DNA of 64,000 nucleotides from Eubacteriales bacterium (GTDB lineage Bacteria; Bacillota; Clostridia; Oscillospirales; CAG-272): NCBI GenBank assembly GCA_051867875.1, contig JBJDZG010000012.1, positions 98 to 64,097 of the forward strand, read 5' to 3'. Shown piece by piece: positions 63,979 to 64,000 of this stretch (position 1 is its first letter; each line of letters starts with the position of its first letter). The notes under the pieces were generated by a model. It saw only the letters and a program-made list of their open reading frames with translations, ran no database searches and was not told where the DNA came from. The position numbers and the translations under genes were made by a program.

Positions 63979-64000
63979 TCGACGCTTGCACGAACGGTGA

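Overview
The window looks like a chromosomal segment from a spore-forming Clostridia-type Firmicute. That assignment is an inference from gene content and canonical TTGACA-17-TATAAT promoters.

About three quarters is well-supported core:
- rpoB' and rpoC, then the str operon (rpsL-rpsG-fusA-tuf).
- An FMN riboswitch with a ribU-like transporter, and a SAM-I riboswitch with metK.
- recD2-comF, mreB, pepD, rlmB, a TIGR03960/TIGR03936 radical-SAM pair and rplM-rpsI.
- After the island: spoIIAA-spoIIAB-sigF, a GH2/GPH sugar locus, rluA-family/hpt, rimO-pgsA, a GT4/MraY-like gene, trpS, pgeF, tRNA-Thr, mecA, an XPD-like helicase, asnS and an aminotransferase.

Between rpsI (about 27.97 kb) and the spoIIA operon (about 44.3 kb) lies a mosaic accessory island. 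I saw no recombinase gene in it. It contains:
- A doubly truncated conjugative-element 'polyvalent' protein with two HExxH modules and a MutS-domain-I-like module. Two Shine-Dalgarno-led ORFs are nested out of frame in its linkers.
- A small cargo block (flavodoxin-like, ArsC-family, HEAT-like) and a vWA/GH20 breakpoint.
- A GH31(+PA14-like) gene next to a roughly 1,328-codon surface-lipoprotein frame split by one in-frame TAG.
- A DUF3990-like/XRE two-gene module with a duplicated palindromic operator, and a Fic gene.
- An orphan radical-SAM gene.

A motif of about 27-44 nt built on a doubled GGTGCAAAT unit recurs three times at module junctions.

Best candidates for something undescribed:
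- The DUF3990-like/XRE module together with the neighbouring Fic cassette and the junction repeats.
- The nested ORFs inside the polyvalent-protein linkers.
- The amber-interrupted lipoprotein.
- A 1,066-aa protein (18032..21232) joining a polyacidic N-terminus to an apparently catalytically dead P-type-ATPase-like body.

All homology statements come from reading the translations by eye. No database search was run.
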